Shown here piece by piece: positions 20,775 to 30,797 of a stretch of DNA of 64,000 nt. Each line of letters starts with the position of its first letter. Positions within the stretch are counted from its first letter, which is position 1. The notes under the pieces are model-generated. The model was not told the DNA's origin and did no database searches. It saw nothing but the letters and a program-made list of their open reading frames with translations. The stretch covers positions 4,932 to 68,931 of the forward strand of contig CANGJB010000007.1 in assembly GCA_947453945.1 (NCBI GenBank), read 5' to 3'. Both the position numbers and the translations under genes were made by a program. This stretch comes from Sphingomonadaceae bacterium. GTDB taxonomy: Bacteria; Pseudomonadota; Alphaproteobacteria; Sphingomonadales; Sphingomonadaceae.

Positions 20775-20788
20775 ACAGGATTTCCAAA

Positions 20789-22381
20789 GTGACTGACGTC
20801 AAGATCAAGCGGGCTCTGCTTTCAGTGTCCGACAAGACCGGCCTTGCCGACCTCGGCCGTGTGCTCGCCGCCCATGGAGTCGAGCTAGTGTCGACCGGGG
20901 GTACAGCGGCGGCACTGCGCGATGCAGGGCTTACCGTGCAGGATATCTCCGAACTCACCGGCTTTCCTGAAATGATGGATGGCCGCGTGAAGACGCTGCA
21001 CCCCAAGGTTCACGGCGGATTGCTTGCCGTGCGCGATGATCCCGCGCATGCGGCCGCTATGGCCGAACACGCGATCGGCGCCATCGATTTGGTCGTGGTC
21101 AATCTCTATCCGTTCGCCGCCACTGTTGCGAAGGGCGCAGAGCGCGACGAGGTGATCGAGAATATCGACATCGGCGGCCCCTCGATGGTCCGCTCTGCTG
21201 CCAAGAACCACCGCTATGTGGCAATCGTGACAGATCCTGCCGATTATCCCACGCTGGTGACCGCGCTGGAACAAAATGGCGGCGCAACGACCCTTGATTT
21301 CCGCAAGGTCATGGCAGCCAAGGCCTATGCCGCAACGGCAGCCTACGATGCGGCTATCGCGGAGTGGTTCGCCGTGACCGATCAGCAGCACCACTTCCCG
21401 CCCACGCTGCTCAGCGCCAACAAGCTGGTTTCGACTTTGCGTTATGGCGAGAATCCGCACCAGAGCGCCGCGCTCTATGTCCCTGCCGAGGGCAGTACGG
21501 TGAGCGGCCTGCCGCAGGCACGGCAGATGCAGGGCAAGGAACTGTCCTACAACAATTATAACGACGCCAATGCGGCACTGGAGCTTATCGCAGAGTTCGG
21601 TGCGGGCCAGCCCGCCGTGGTGATCGTCAAACACGCAAACCCGTGCGGGGTGGCCGTGGCGGCAACCCCGCTTGAGGCTTGGCAGGCTGCTCTTGCCTGC
21701 GATTCCGTCTCCGCGTTCGGTGGCATTGTTGCGCTGAACCGGCCACTTGATGGTCCGACGGCTGAGGCGATTTGCGAGATATTTACTGAAGTCGTGGTTG
21801 CACCGGGCGCCGATGATGCCGCGCTCGCCACCTTCGCGCGCAAGAAGAACCTGCGGCTCCTGCTGATCGATGCCCTGCCATCGGCAGACCGCAAAGGGCT
21901 TGTCACGGTGCCCATCATTGGCGGCATACTGGTTCAGGACCGTGACAATGGCACGCTCACCGACGCGATGCTGCAGGTTGTCACCAAGCGGCAGCCAACC
22001 GCGCAGGAGCTCGCCGACTGCCGGTTTGCCTGGACGGTGGCCAAGCATGTGAAGTCGAATGCGATCGTCTACGCCCGCGAAGGGGTGACCGCCGGGATCG
22101 GCGCAGGCCAGATGAACCGGCGCGACAGCGCGCGGATAGCAGCGGTGAAAGCGCAGGAAGCTGCGGAGACATATGGCTGGAGCGCACCGCGAACCGTGGG
22201 TTCGGCAGTCGCATCGGACGCGTTCTTTCCCTTCGCCGATGGCTTGCTGGCTGCGGTAGAGGCCGGCGCGACGGCGGTGATCCAACCGGGCGGTTCGATC
22301 CGCGATGACGAAGTGATTGCCGCAGCCGATGCGGCGGGTATCGCCATGGTGTTCACCGGAATGCGCCACTTCCGGCATTGA
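20789..22381 (+). CDS. purH: bifunctional AICAR transformylase/IMP cyclohydrolase
   Basis: [57 protein letters not shown]. Confidence 0.98.
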   Translation: MTDVKIKRALLSVSDKTGLADLGRVLAAHGVELVSTGGTAAALRDAGLTVQDISELTGFPEMMDGRVKTLHPKVHGGLLAVRDDPAHAAAMAEHAIGAIDLVVVNLYPFAATVAKGAERDEVIENIDIGGPSMVRSAAKNHRYVAIVTDPADYPTLVTALEQNGGATTLDFRKVMAAKAYAATAAYDAAIAEWFAVTDQQHHFPPTLLSANKLVSTLRYGENPHQSAALYVPAEGSTVSGLPQARQMQGKELSYNNYNDANAALELIAEFGAGQPAVVIVKHANPCGVAVAATPLEAWQAALACDSVSAFGGIVALNRPLDGPTAEAICEIFTEVVVAPGADDAALATFARKKNLRLLLIDALPSADRKGLVTVPIIGGILVQDRDNGTLTDAMLQVVTKRQPTAQELADCRFAWTVAKHVKSNAIVYAREGVTAGIGAGQMNRRDSARIAAVKAQEAAETYGWSAPRTVGSAVASDAFFPFADGLLAAVEAGATAVIQPGGSIRDDEVIAAADAAGIAMVFTGMRHFRH

Positions 22382-22394
22382 GCCCAGGACAGTG

Positions 22395-22432
22395 AGGCGG
22401 GCGCTGGCCATAGGCCGGCACCCGCCTTTGTT
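22395..22432 (+). terminator. intrinsic terminator between convergent purH and the cell wall hydrolase gene
   Basis: AGGCGGGCGCTGGCC-ATA-GGCCGGCACCCGCCT followed by TTGTT. Confidence 0.75.
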
Positions 22433-22435
22433 CGA

Positions 22436-23092
22436 TCAGCGATAGAAGATGTGATTGTCGACCCGCGCCATGCGGGTCTTGCCCCATGACGGCGCGACAC
22501 GCGTCGCGTGAAAGAACATCGCGCCTTCGACCGGGCTTTTCCACGCACCACTGTCGGCGATGAGCGCGATCTTAACGGCCTGCTGCCAAAGGTTGCTGTC
22601 GTGGTTCACTGCTGGCATTCCATTCGCGCGCATGAACGAGAACTGCGCGGGTTGGTAAACCACGCCGCAGTATGAGCTGGGGAAACGTCCGGAAGCGGCG
22701 CGCGTGACGATCACCCGTCCAACAGCCAACTGGCCTGCAAGCGTCTCACTCCTGGCTTCGAAATAGATCGCACCAGCAAGGCATTCCATTTCACTGGAAA
22801 GCGTCGTCGGCAACGGGGTGCGCTCGACCAAGTCAGCCAAAGAGGCCGCGCTTGGAAGCGCCTCGCCAGCATCACCGTCAGGGCTGCTGCGCTCGGGTTG
22901 GGGAAAGGGCTTTTCAACCGGACGGAACACACTCTGCGCGGGTTCGACGGTTACGGCCGAGGATCCAGGGGCTTCTGCGACCGGGATCTGCATATCCTGC
23001 GCCTTTGCACCGGATCCACCAGTGCTGAACAGGATAGTGGCTAGAGTTGCGCCAATGCAAACGGCACTGGCAACGCGAAACTGGCGGCTCAT
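22436..23092 (-). CDS. cell wall hydrolase, SleB/Hydrolase_2 family
   Basis: Signal peptide; [13 protein letters not shown]...[35 protein letters not shown]. Confidence 0.93.
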   Translation of the reverse strand: MSRQFRVASAVCIGATLATILFSTGGSGAKAQDMQIPVAEAPGSSAVTVEPAQSVFRPVEKPFPQPERSSPDGDAGEALPSAASLADLVERTPLPTTLSSEMECLAGAIYFEARSETLAGQLAVGRVIVTRAASGRFPSSYCGVVYQPAQFSFMRANGMPAVNHDSNLWQQAVKIALIADSGAWKSPVEGAMFFHATRVAPSWGKTRMARVDNHIFYR

Positions 23093-23270
23093 TCATCTTC
23101 GTCATTGTGCGGTGGACTTCGGCACAAGGCGCGATCGGTGTCGATGCCGCAGGAGATTGCCTGCAACGACGACAGCCTCTCGAAGGCCATGGCGTCTGCC
23201 CCCCGTCTGCGTGCTGGCGGAGATGACCTACTTGTCATCCCGACGCTGCCTACGCGCGGTAGAGGGGGCG
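23093..23270 (-). ncRNA. candidate structured 5' leader RNA of the SleB-family gene
   Basis: Four consecutive stems whose G-U pairs form only on the minus strand; upstream TTGACT-N16-TAAGTG promoter at 23298-23271. Confidence 0.5.
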
Positions 23271-23318
23271 CACTTATGGTGCGAAGCGCCCAAGTCAACC
23301 TGGGAATCTTGGTTTGTT

Positions 23319-23672
23319 CTACTTTTTGTCCAGATTCAGGATGAACTGTTCACCCTCTGCGATGGTCAGTTCAATGATCCACAGGTCCCGATCCTGCGCC
23401 ATGCGGCGTGTCAGGTAGATTTCAAAATCTTCTTTCTTTTCAGGATCCTGAGCTTTTGCGAGGGTCCAGTTGCGGTTGCCATCTGCCATGGGCAATCGCT
23501 CAAACGCCCGCGCTAAGGTCTGCCCAAAACCTTGATTATCAAGGATAACAATCAGAAGTGTACCACTGTCCGGATCGCCTTTGCGCAGGACCATGCTGAA
23601 ACCGCCGGATGCCTGCACCGAGCGAATCAGCGCGGAGACCTCCATTGCGGCCGGAAGACGCGCGGCAGTCAT
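23319..23672 (-). CDS. DUF1491 family protein
   Basis: ALIRSVQASGGFSMVLRKGDPDSG, YLTRRMAQDRDLWIIEL. Confidence 0.9.
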   Translation of the reverse strand: MTAARLPAAMEVSALIRSVQASGGFSMVLRKGDPDSGTLLIVILDNQGFGQTLARAFERLPMADGNRNWTLAKAQDPEKKEDFEIYLTRRMAQDRDLWIIELTIAEGEQFILNLDKK

Positions 23673-23797
23673 TACGAACCTGCAGGCAGCGTGAAGTAAC
23701 CGGTATCCTGCGCAGAAGCTTGGCGCGCTGCGCCGATCACGGCAATTGCAAGCGCCGACGATTGCAACTGGTCAGGCGGCGTCGCGGTCGATGACAT
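23672..23797 (-). pseudogene. 41-codon ORF bridging ptsN and DUF1491; probable internally deleted gene remnant
   Basis: MSSTATPPDQLQSSALAIAVIGAARQASAQDTGYFTLPAGS*; starts inside the ptsN 3' end and ends in a TAATG overlap with DUF1491. Confidence 0.45.
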
Positions 23798-24233
23798 TGA
23801 CGAGCAGCGCGTAGATCGCATCGGCATCGGGTGCGGCGATCAATCGCTCGTGCATGCGCTCGTCGCGCATGAGTCGGGAAATGGCAGCCAACGCCTGCAG
23901 GTGGGTGGCACCAGCTTGTTCAGGAGAAAGCAGGCCAAACACACAATCGACAGGCATCCCATCGGAAGAGGCAAAATCGACCGGGCTTTCGAGCCGGAAG
24001 AATGCTGCGACCGGCCGGGCCAGGTTGTCCAGCCGGGCGTGGGGAATAGCGACTCCGCGCCCGAAACCGGTGCTGCCGAGGGTTTCCCGCTCTTCGATGC
24101 GCTCAAGCACAGTCGCGCGGTCAAGCGCATAGACTTCGCCGAAGCAATCCGCGAGCGCGCCGAGGATCTGCGTCTTGGTTTCGGCACGCACGATGCGCAC
24201 CGCCTGAAGATCGATCGAGAAAAGAGCGGTCAT
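23772..24233 (-). CDS. ptsN: PTS-Ntr IIA component
   Basis: RETLGSTGFGRGVAIPHAR, HLQALAAISR. Confidence 0.95.
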   Translation of the reverse strand: MTALFSIDLQAVRIVRAETKTQILGALADCFGEVYALDRATVLERIEERETLGSTGFGRGVAIPHARLDNLARPVAAFFRLESPVDFASSDGMPVDCVFGLLSPEQAGATHLQALAAISRLMRDERMHERLIAAPDADAIYALLVNVIDRDAA

Positions 24234-24384
24234 GGAACCAATGATGCCGGAAAATGCGCTCGCGCGCCGGATATGGAGCGGCCCATGCGCCCGAACGCTA
24301 CGCGGTGCAAGCGCCGAATCGTGTCGGTCATGAGTCCAATCCCCGGGATTGAGGTCGGATTGCCACTCAGTTTTACCGTTCCGG

Positions 24385-24951
24385 TTACTTGGTCGGTTCA
24401 ACCCAGCCTATAGAGCCATCCCCGCGCCGATAGACCATATTGTGCACGCCGGTACCTGCATTCTTGAACAACAGCGCATTGGTGTTTCGCAGATCGAGCA
24501 TCATGACGGCATCGGAAACACTGGCGGTAGGCACGTCCACCCGGGTTTCCGCAATCACCAGCGGCGCGTCCGCCGGTTCTTCCGTTTCGGTCTCCTCGAC
24601 CATGAATACGGTGTAAGCCGCATCTTCCTCGCGCCGGGCATGATCGGCCTGGTCCTGCCGGGCGTTGATCCGGCGCTTGTAGCGGCGAAGCTGCTTGTCG
24701 ATCTTCTCGGCTGACTGATCGAGCGCAATGTGCGCGTCCTGCGCCACCGCGCTGCCCTTCAGGATAAGGCCCTGCGCCACATGCGTGACGATATCGCAAC
24801 GAAATCCGCCATGCGGTGCTTTGCCGAGCGTGACATGCGAAGTCAGCGCGCGGGAGAAATACTTGTCGACGATGGCGGAAAGGCGCTCCTCGGCATGAGC
24901 TTCGAAGGCGGCGCCGGTATCGACCTGATGGCCTGAAACACGAATTTCCAT
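24385..24951 (-). CDS. hpf: ribosome hibernation promoting factor (long HPF)
   Basis: MEIRVSGHQVDTG, KIDKQLRRYKRR, C-terminal NMVYRRGDGSIGWVEP. Confidence 0.96.
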   Translation of the reverse strand: MEIRVSGHQVDTGAAFEAHAEERLSAIVDKYFSRALTSHVTLGKAPHGGFRCDIVTHVAQGLILKGSAVAQDAHIALDQSAEKIDKQLRRYKRRINARQDQADHARREEDAAYTVFMVEETETEEPADAPLVIAETRVDVPTASVSDAVMMLDLRNTNALLFKNAGTGVHNMVYRRGDGSIGWVEPTK

Positions 24952-25007
24952 AAGTCCACTCTCCTTGGCTCAATCGTTCGCCCGATAAAAACCGGGCAGG
25001 GGCGAGT

Positions 25008-25703
25008 TCAGCGCAGCCAGATGGCTTCCTTTATCGCCTCTACAAATGCGGCATGCCGGGCCAGTTCATCGGCATTGGGGGCATGAGGACGGGGGGCACG
25101 AAGCCCGCGCGGTACATCAGGCCTGATTTCCAACGACGCCGAAACTGCCGACGCCTTCACCTCAACTTCGGCAGCAAGCTCCAGGCCAATCTGCCGGCCA
25201 CCCATGAGTTCGACATAGAGCTGCGCCAGAAGTTCGGCATCGAGCAGCGCGCCGTGGCGAACACGGTGACTGCGATCGATGCCATAGCGCGAACACAGAG
25301 CATCGAGGCTGAGCTTGGCTCCGGGGTGCTTGCGCCGGGCAATCGCCACGGTATCGACCATGCGCGCACGATCGACCGGCGGAAGCTCGCAGATGGCGAG
25401 CTCTGCGTTCAGAAAACCGAAATCGAATCCGGCATTATGCGCAACCAGCGGCGCCTCACCCAGAAACGCGAGGAGTTCGACCGCGCGTTCGGCGAAAAGG
25501 GGCTTGTCCGCCAGGAAGCCGATGGAAAGCCCGTGCACGGCTTCCGCCTCTGCCGGCATCGAGCGTTCGGGATTGAAATAGGCATGAAATACGGCGCCGG
25601 TTGGCACCCTGTTCATCATTTCGATGCAGCCAATCTCTACCAGCCGATCGCCGCTTTGCGGATCGAGGCCAGTCGTCTCTGTATCGAAAACGATCTCACG
25701 CAT
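25008..25703 (-). CDS. dnaQ: DNA polymerase III epsilon subunit
   Basis: DTETTG, AHNAGFDFGFL, SLDALC, HGALLDA, GGRQIGL clamp motif. Confidence 0.97.
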   Translation of the reverse strand: MREIVFDTETTGLDPQSGDRLVEIGCIEMMNRVPTGAVFHAYFNPERSMPAEAEAVHGLSIGFLADKPLFAERAVELLAFLGEAPLVAHNAGFDFGFLNAELAICELPPVDRARMVDTVAIARRKHPGAKLSLDALCSRYGIDRSHRVRHGALLDAELLAQLYVELMGGRQIGLELAAEVEVKASAVSASLEIRPDVPRGLRAPRPHAPNADELARHAAFVEAIKEAIWLR

Positions 25704-25743
25704 TTGCCGCAGTCTGGACCCGAGCTGGTGGGCATGCAAGGCT

Positions 25744-26346
25744 TCAAGGTCGGTTTTTTTGCCTTATGGCGGCAACCAGCGCCGCAACCCGTTCGCCCGT
25801 TTCCGCAAGGGTGACGCCTGTGTCGATGACGTGGTCTGCCCGCGCACGTTTCTCAGCATCGGGAACTTGCAGCGACAGAATCTGAGCGAATTTCTCAGGC
25901 GTCATACCCGGTCTTGCAAGGACGCGGGCACGCTGCATCTCTGCCGGCGCAGATACGACCGCCACAGCGTCGAGCCCGGTTCCATGGCCCTTCTCATAGA
26001 GCAGCGGGATATCGAACACGACCAACGGCTGCCCGGCATGTTCGAGGAGGAAAGTTGCGCGTTCTTCGGCGACGGCAGGGTGAACAATCGCCTCGAGCCG
26101 GGCGAGTACTGCCGCATTGCCGAACACCTGTGCGCCCAGCGCCGGGCGATCAACGCCGTGCGGCCCGGTGGTGCCGGGAAACGCCGCCTCGATGGCGGGG
26201 AGCAAAACACCGTTCGGCCCCTGCAGGCGGTGTACGGTCGCATCGGCATCGAACACTGGCACACCCAATTCGCGCAACATCAGCGCGACGGCCGATTTGC
26301 CCATGCCGATCGAACCGGTGAGACCAAGGATATATGGGCGGCTCAT
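25744..26346 (-). CDS. coaE: dephospho-CoA kinase
   Basis: GLTGSIGMGKS, DAD, VHPAV, DIPLLYE. Confidence 0.97.
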   Translation of the reverse strand: MSRPYILGLTGSIGMGKSAVALMLRELGVPVFDADATVHRLQGPNGVLLPAIEAAFPGTTGPHGVDRPALGAQVFGNAAVLARLEAIVHPAVAEERATFLLEHAGQPLVVFDIPLLYEKGHGTGLDAVAVVSAPAEMQRARVLARPGMTPEKFAQILSLQVPDAEKRARADHVIDTGVTLAETGERVAALVAAIRQKNRP

Positions 26347-27197
26347 GCGCCGAGCACTTTGCGCAGTTCGGCATCTTTGTCGCGTGGCGGGTGCGCACCG
26401 AAAAAGCGCCTGAAGGCATGGTCCGCCTGGCCGATCAGCATGGAAAGGCCGTCAATTGTGCGGAAGCCTGCAGCCCGGGCCGACTTCAGGAAGTCAGTGT
26501 CCAACGGGCTAGTCACGATATCATAAACAATCGAGCCAGGCGGGGCGTGGCTCATATCGAATGCGAGCGGGGGTTGGCCCGACATGCCAAGCGACGAGGC
26601 ATTGACGATGAGATCGAGGCACTGCTCCCGGTCGTCGAAGTCGAACTCGGTGGGATCGGCGAAATGGGCGATATCGACGGCATGATGCTCGCCAGCAGGA
26701 TCCAGTTCATCGAGCAGGGCGCGGGCCTTTTCGGGATTGCGTCCAGCAAGGACGACAACGATCTTCTCGTCCGCCAGGCCCTTGATGATGGCACGCGCAG
26801 CACCGCCGGTGCCAAGCACCCGCGCCATGCGGAAGTAGTGCGTCTGATCAAGCTCGGTGCGCAGCGGTTCGAGGAAGCCGGGGACATCAGTGTTGTAGCC
26901 GACGAGCTGGTCGCCTTCAGGGATAATGGTGTTGACTGCGCCCACTGCACTGGCCAGCGGATCAAGGCGGTCGAGCAGCGGTATGACTGCCTGCTTGTGC
27001 GGCATGGTCACATTGCAGCCGCGCCAGTGCGGATCAGATCGGCGAGTGTCGAGAAAGCCGCCAAGCTCACTAGTGTGAACATGCGTGGCTTGATATCTCG
27101 CCTGTATTCCAAGTTTCTGCAGCCAAAAACCGTGAATAGCGGGCGATTTAGACTGCGCGATAGGATCGCCGATCACTTCGGCGTAAGGGCCGTTCAT
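26343..27197 (-). CDS. aroE: shikimate dehydrogenase
   Basis: [47 protein letters not shown]. Confidence 0.96.
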   Translation of the reverse strand: MNGPYAEVIGDPIAQSKSPAIHGFWLQKLGIQARYQATHVHTSELGGFLDTRRSDPHWRGCNVTMPHKQAVIPLLDRLDPLASAVGAVNTIIPEGDQLVGYNTDVPGFLEPLRTELDQTHYFRMARVLGTGGAARAIIKGLADEKIVVVLAGRNPEKARALLDELDPAGEHHAVDIAHFADPTEFDFDDREQCLDLIVNASSLGMSGQPPLAFDMSHAPPGSIVYDIVTSPLDTDFLKSARAAGFRTIDGLSMLIGQADHAFRRFFGAHPPRDKDAELRKVLGA

Positions 27198-27778
27198 GCG
27201 GGTAGCTCACCTTGCGTCCGCAGCGCAGTGAGGAGTGCGAGCAGCGGCATGCCGAGCACCGTGAAGTGGCTCCCCTCGATGTGTTCGAACAACTGAACGC
27301 CCAAAGCCTCGATGCGGAAGACGCCGACACAGGCCCCCACGGCCGGCCATTCCTGCGCCAGATAGCCTTCGATGAACTCGCTCGACAATGTACGCACACG
27401 CAGCTTGGCGGTTTCGACATGACGCCACACCGGCACGCCGTCACGCACAAGAATGGCCGCAGAATGAAGCTGGATCGTCTGACCTGAAAAGAAGGCGAGA
27501 TGGCTTGCGGCGTCTTCCCGCGTAACGGGCTTGTCGAAAGTTCGTCCGCATACCTCGACTAGCGAGTCCCCGCCGAGCACAAGCTTGCCAGGTGCGCCGA
27601 CCGAGACGCCCAGCGCTTTCGCTTCGGCCAAGATGAGGGCAATCTCGTTGCCAGGCACGCCGATCAACTCGCGCTTGATCTCGGCTTCGTCGACATCCGA
27701 ACCGCATGCCTCGAATGGCACGCCAGCAGCCGTCAACATGGCCTTGCGGCTTGCGCTCTGGGACGCCAAAACAATCAT
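27194..27778 (-). CDS. maf: Maf family nucleotide pyrophosphatase
   Basis: [34 protein letters not shown]. Confidence 0.95.
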   Translation of the reverse strand: MIVLASQSASRKAMLTAAGVPFEACGSDVDEAEIKRELIGVPGNEIALILAEAKALGVSVGAPGKLVLGGDSLVEVCGRTFDKPVTREDAASHLAFFSGQTIQLHSAAILVRDGVPVWRHVETAKLRVRTLSSEFIEGYLAQEWPAVGACVGVFRIEALGVQLFEHIEGSHFTVLGMPLLALLTALRTQGELPA

Positions 27779-27788
27779 AGCTTCACCG

Positions 27789-28637
27789 TCACAGGGCATG
27801 ACCTCCAGTTGTGCCGTCCCCGCCCGCTTCCGGACGGCGCTCGTTGTAGAGGTTGATGACGGCGGCGGCCGTCTCCTCGATGGATCGGCGCGAGACGTCA
27901 ATCACCGGCCAGCCGTTGTCCGCGAACATCCGCCGGGCGTACTGCACCTCGCGCGTCACATGTTCGTTGTCGACATAGGCGGTTCCGGGTGCCTGATTGA
28001 GCGAAAGAAGCCGGTTCCGCCGCACCTGGATCAGCCGCTCCGGGCTGGTGGTGAGCCCTACGATCAGCGGACGGCGCAAGCTAAACAGTGCAGGCGGAGG
28101 TGGACTTTCCACCACGATGGGGATGTTGGCGACCCTGTAGCCGCGGTTGGCGAGATAGATCGCGGTTGGCGTCTTGGAGGACCGCGACACTCCGGCAAGC
28201 ATGATATCCGCAGCCTCCCAGTCTTCCCAGGCAATACCATCATCATGTGCGATCGTGAATTGAATGGCTTCCACCCTGCGGAAATAGGCTTCGTCCATCG
28301 CGTGCTGTCTGCCGGGACGGCCCTTGGCCGCCTGACCAAGCTGTGCTTCGAGCGCAAGCGTCACAGCGTCGAGCGCCGGGACACTGGGGAGACCGAGCGC
28401 AGCACACCGACTTTGCAGACGTTCGCGGGTTTCGGCATTGACCATGGTGAACAGCACAAGGCCCGGATTCGCCGCGATTTCACCCATGATCCGGTCCAGA
28501 TGCTGCTGGGAGCGGACCATTGGCCAGAAATGGCGTACCACATCGGCATCATCAAACTGCGCAAGCGCAGCCTTGGCAATCATTTCAAGCGTTTCGCCGG
28601 TGGAGTCCGACAGAAGATGCAAGTGCAGGCGCGCCAT
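27789..28637 (-). CDS. ppsR: pyruvate,phosphate/water dikinase regulatory kinase-pyrophosphorylase (DUF299)
   Basis: [28 protein letters not shown]. Confidence 0.95.
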   Translation of the reverse strand: MARLHLHLLSDSTGETLEMIAKAALAQFDDADVVRHFWPMVRSQQHLDRIMGEIAANPGLVLFTMVNAETRERLQSRCAALGLPSVPALDAVTLALEAQLGQAAKGRPGRQHAMDEAYFRRVEAIQFTIAHDDGIAWEDWEAADIMLAGVSRSSKTPTAIYLANRGYRVANIPIVVESPPPPALFSLRRPLIVGLTTSPERLIQVRRNRLLSLNQAPGTAYVDNEHVTREVQYARRMFADNGWPVIDVSRRSIEETAAAVINLYNERRPEAGGDGTTGGHAL

Positions 28638-29005
28638 CGAAGTTCCTGATCCGCCCCCAATCGGGGTTTTGGCCACACCAGACAGAGCCCGGGACAAACC
28701 TGTGGATCGGGATAGGATAAACCACGGCATGAAACTGGCGACAAGTTTGCGCTGCAATTGTGCCCCCAGCTTCGGCTTACGGGCACACGAGTTGCGAACA
28801 GACGCGCTGGCTTACCCACAGGGAGCGGACAACGGGGACAAGTTTCGCTTGCATCCGCAGCCTTGGGGATTCGCACCCGCGCTTTTTTGTGGAGAAGGCG
28901 GGACAATTCGGGCAGACGCATGTCGTCCCCGCTTTCCACAGGGCCAACTATCTACCTCAATCTGATTCAAGAGAATCTATAGATTTGAATTGGACCGACT
29001 GCCTG
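28638..29005. other. oriC: chromosomal replication origin oriC
   Basis: ppsR/hemE intergenic position as in Caulobacter-type origins; DnaA-box-like TGTGGATCG 28701, TTACCCACA 28812, TGTGGAGAA 28888, CTTTCCACA 28932 followed by GGGCC and AAC TAT CTAC trio-like repeats and an AT-rich stretch; GANTC at 28868, 28964, 28973; flanking genes diverge from it. Confidence 0.88.
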
Positions 29006-30043
29006 ATGCCTAGCCCTGCCGATAAGCCGCTTCTCGCCACCCTCAAGGGGGCCAATCTCTCCCGCCGTCCAATCTGGCTTATGCGCCAGGCGGGTCGCTA
29101 TCTGCCCGAGTACCGCGAACTGCGCGCGGAGAAGGGCGGGTTCCTCGCGCTGGTCTATGACCCCGAGGCAGCGGCCGAGATCACGCTCCAACCGCTTCGC
29201 CGGTTTGGTTTTGACGGGGCGATCCTGTTTTCAGACATCCTGATCGTACCCTATGCGATGGGGCAAGATCTCCAGTTTCTGGCCGGAGAGGGTCCAGCAC
29301 TCTCACCTCGCCTGCTGGATGCGGGTCTGGAGACGCTCAGGAGCGTGCCTGAGCGCCTTTCGCCGATCTATGACACCGTGGCGAGGGTAAGTGCCGCCTT
29401 GCCCCCTGAGGCCACCATGCTGGGCTTTGCAGGCAGTCCCTGGACCATTGCGACCTACATGGTCGCTGGCGAAGGCAGCCGCGACCAGCACGATACCCGC
29501 GCTTTGGCCTATCGCGATCCTGGTGCGTTTCAGGCGATCATCGATGCGATTGTCGATGTGACCGTGGATTATCTCAGTGGCCAGGTGAAAGCGGGCGCAG
29601 AAGGCCTGCAGTTGTTCGACAGCTGGGCCGGCACGCTTGCGCCAAGCGAGTTCGAGCGTTGGGTGATTGAACCCAACGCGCGGATCACTGCGGCGATGCA
29701 CAAGCTCCACCCCGAGGTTCCCATTATCGGTTTCCCCAAAGGCGCAGGCGAAAAGCTGGCTGCGTATGCCGAGGGCACCGGGGTGGATGCCATCGGCGTG
29801 GATGAGACCATCGACCCGGTGTGGGCCGCGAAAACCCTCCCTGCCGGAATGCCGGTGCAGGGCAATCTCGATCCGTTGCTGCTGCTTGCGGGCGGCCCGG
29901 CGCTGGAAGATGGCGCGCGGCGCGTGCTCGATGTCTTTGCTGACCGGCCGCATGTTTTCAATCTGGGGCACGGTATCGGCCAGTTCACGCCCATCACGCA
30001 CGTCGAGCGGTTGCTTGAGGTGGTGCGCGGCTGGTCTCGTTGA
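29006..30043 (+). CDS. hemE: uroporphyrinogen decarboxylase
   Basis: PIWLMRQAGRYLPEY, AILFSDIL, GFAGSPWT, QLFDSW, FNLGHGI. Confidence 0.98.
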   Translation: MPSPADKPLLATLKGANLSRRPIWLMRQAGRYLPEYRELRAEKGGFLALVYDPEAAAEITLQPLRRFGFDGAILFSDILIVPYAMGQDLQFLAGEGPALSPRLLDAGLETLRSVPERLSPIYDTVARVSAALPPEATMLGFAGSPWTIATYMVAGEGSRDQHDTRALAYRDPGAFQAIIDAIVDVTVDYLSGQVKAGAEGLQLFDSWAGTLAPSEFERWVIEPNARITAAMHKLHPEVPIIGFPKGAGEKLAAYAEGTGVDAIGVDETIDPVWAAKTLPAGMPVQGNLDPLLLLAGGPALEDGARRVLDVFADRPHVFNLGHGIGQFTPITHVERLLEVVRGWSR

Positions 30044-30188
30044 GGGCCTGAATGGGCTAACTGCCGCTTACCAAAGGGGCAAGCTGGCCCAGCCAGCCTT
30101 GGCTTGACCCCGCTGGATCTCGGCGCCACGAAGGTCAGCACTCATTTCCAAGTTCCGGAGCGGGCACTATGCCGCTAAACTCCGGCCC

Positions 30189-30632
30189 ATGCTGCAGGTA
30201 CTCGCGATGCTCTATCTCTGGCTCAAGGCCGGCCATGTCATCTTCGTGATCTTCTGGATGGCGGGCCTGTTCATGCTGCCGCGCTTTTTCGTGTATCATC
30301 AGGAAGCGCCCGAAGGTTCGCCCGAGAACGCGATCTGGGTGGACCGCGAACGCAAGCTGATGAAGATCATCATGTGGCCTTCACTGTTCATAGTATGGGG
30401 TTTTGGGCTCGCTCTGGCGGTGAGCGGCGAGTGGTACACGCAAGGCTGGTTCCACGCTAAACTGGCGGCGGTTCTGGTGCTTTCGGCCTATCATGTTTGG
30501 CTTGCCAGCTATGCGTCCAAGCTCGAGCGGGGCGAGCGGCGGCTGACAGGACGCCAGCTTCGTCTGCTCAACGAAATCCCCGGGGTTACGGCCGCGCTCA
30601 TCGTCGTGCTGGTCATCGTCAAACCGTTCTGA
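30189..30632 (+). CDS. hemJ: protoporphyrinogen IX oxidase HemJ
   Basis: WLKAGHVIFVIFWMAGLFMLPR, WFHAKL, NEIP, VIVKPF. Confidence 0.95.
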   Translation: MLQVLAMLYLWLKAGHVIFVIFWMAGLFMLPRFFVYHQEAPEGSPENAIWVDRERKLMKIIMWPSLFIVWGFGLALAVSGEWYTQGWFHAKLAAVLVLSAYHVWLASYASKLERGERRLTGRQLRLLNEIPGVTAALIVVLVIVKPF

Positions 30633-30649
30633 ACGATCGACGCTAGCAA

Positions 30650-30797
30650 TTGACGCACCCGGCACTGCGCCCTATGCGCAGGTTAGCAATCCGGTTTTCG
30701 GCAGCGCTCTTGTGCCCTGCCCCTTAGGTCCGCTTTCCCCAAGCCCCACGACCGTCCGGCGCGCGTTTCCTGCCTCCTTTTGAATGAAGCCAAGCCC
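30650..30797 (+). promoter_or_regulatory. rho promoter and C-rich leader (putative rut site for autoregulation)
   Basis: TTGACG at 30650 and CCCTATG -10 region; leader pyrimidine-rich with C>G (GCCCTGCCCCTT...CTTTCCCCAAGCCCCAC...TTTCCTGCCTCCTTT). Confidence 0.6.

Noticed and set aside
20775-20788. Possible ZTP riboswitch before purH
   Set aside because: Only 14 bp separate purH from the heparinase-family gene; no room.
20885-22411. 508-aa antisense ORF over purH (similar ones over acyl-CoA dehydrogenase 40470-41672, 51061-52251, 63151-63984 and others)
   Set aside because: Shadow ORFs caused by high-GC codon bias of the real gene on the opposite strand; no recognisable motifs.
28760-29005. 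N-terminal extensions of hemE, ppsR, dnaB, ptsN, purH, MBL hydrolase etc. in the ORF track
   Set aside because: They run through oriC or promoters; family homology starts at downstream ATG/GTG codons with promoter or SD support.
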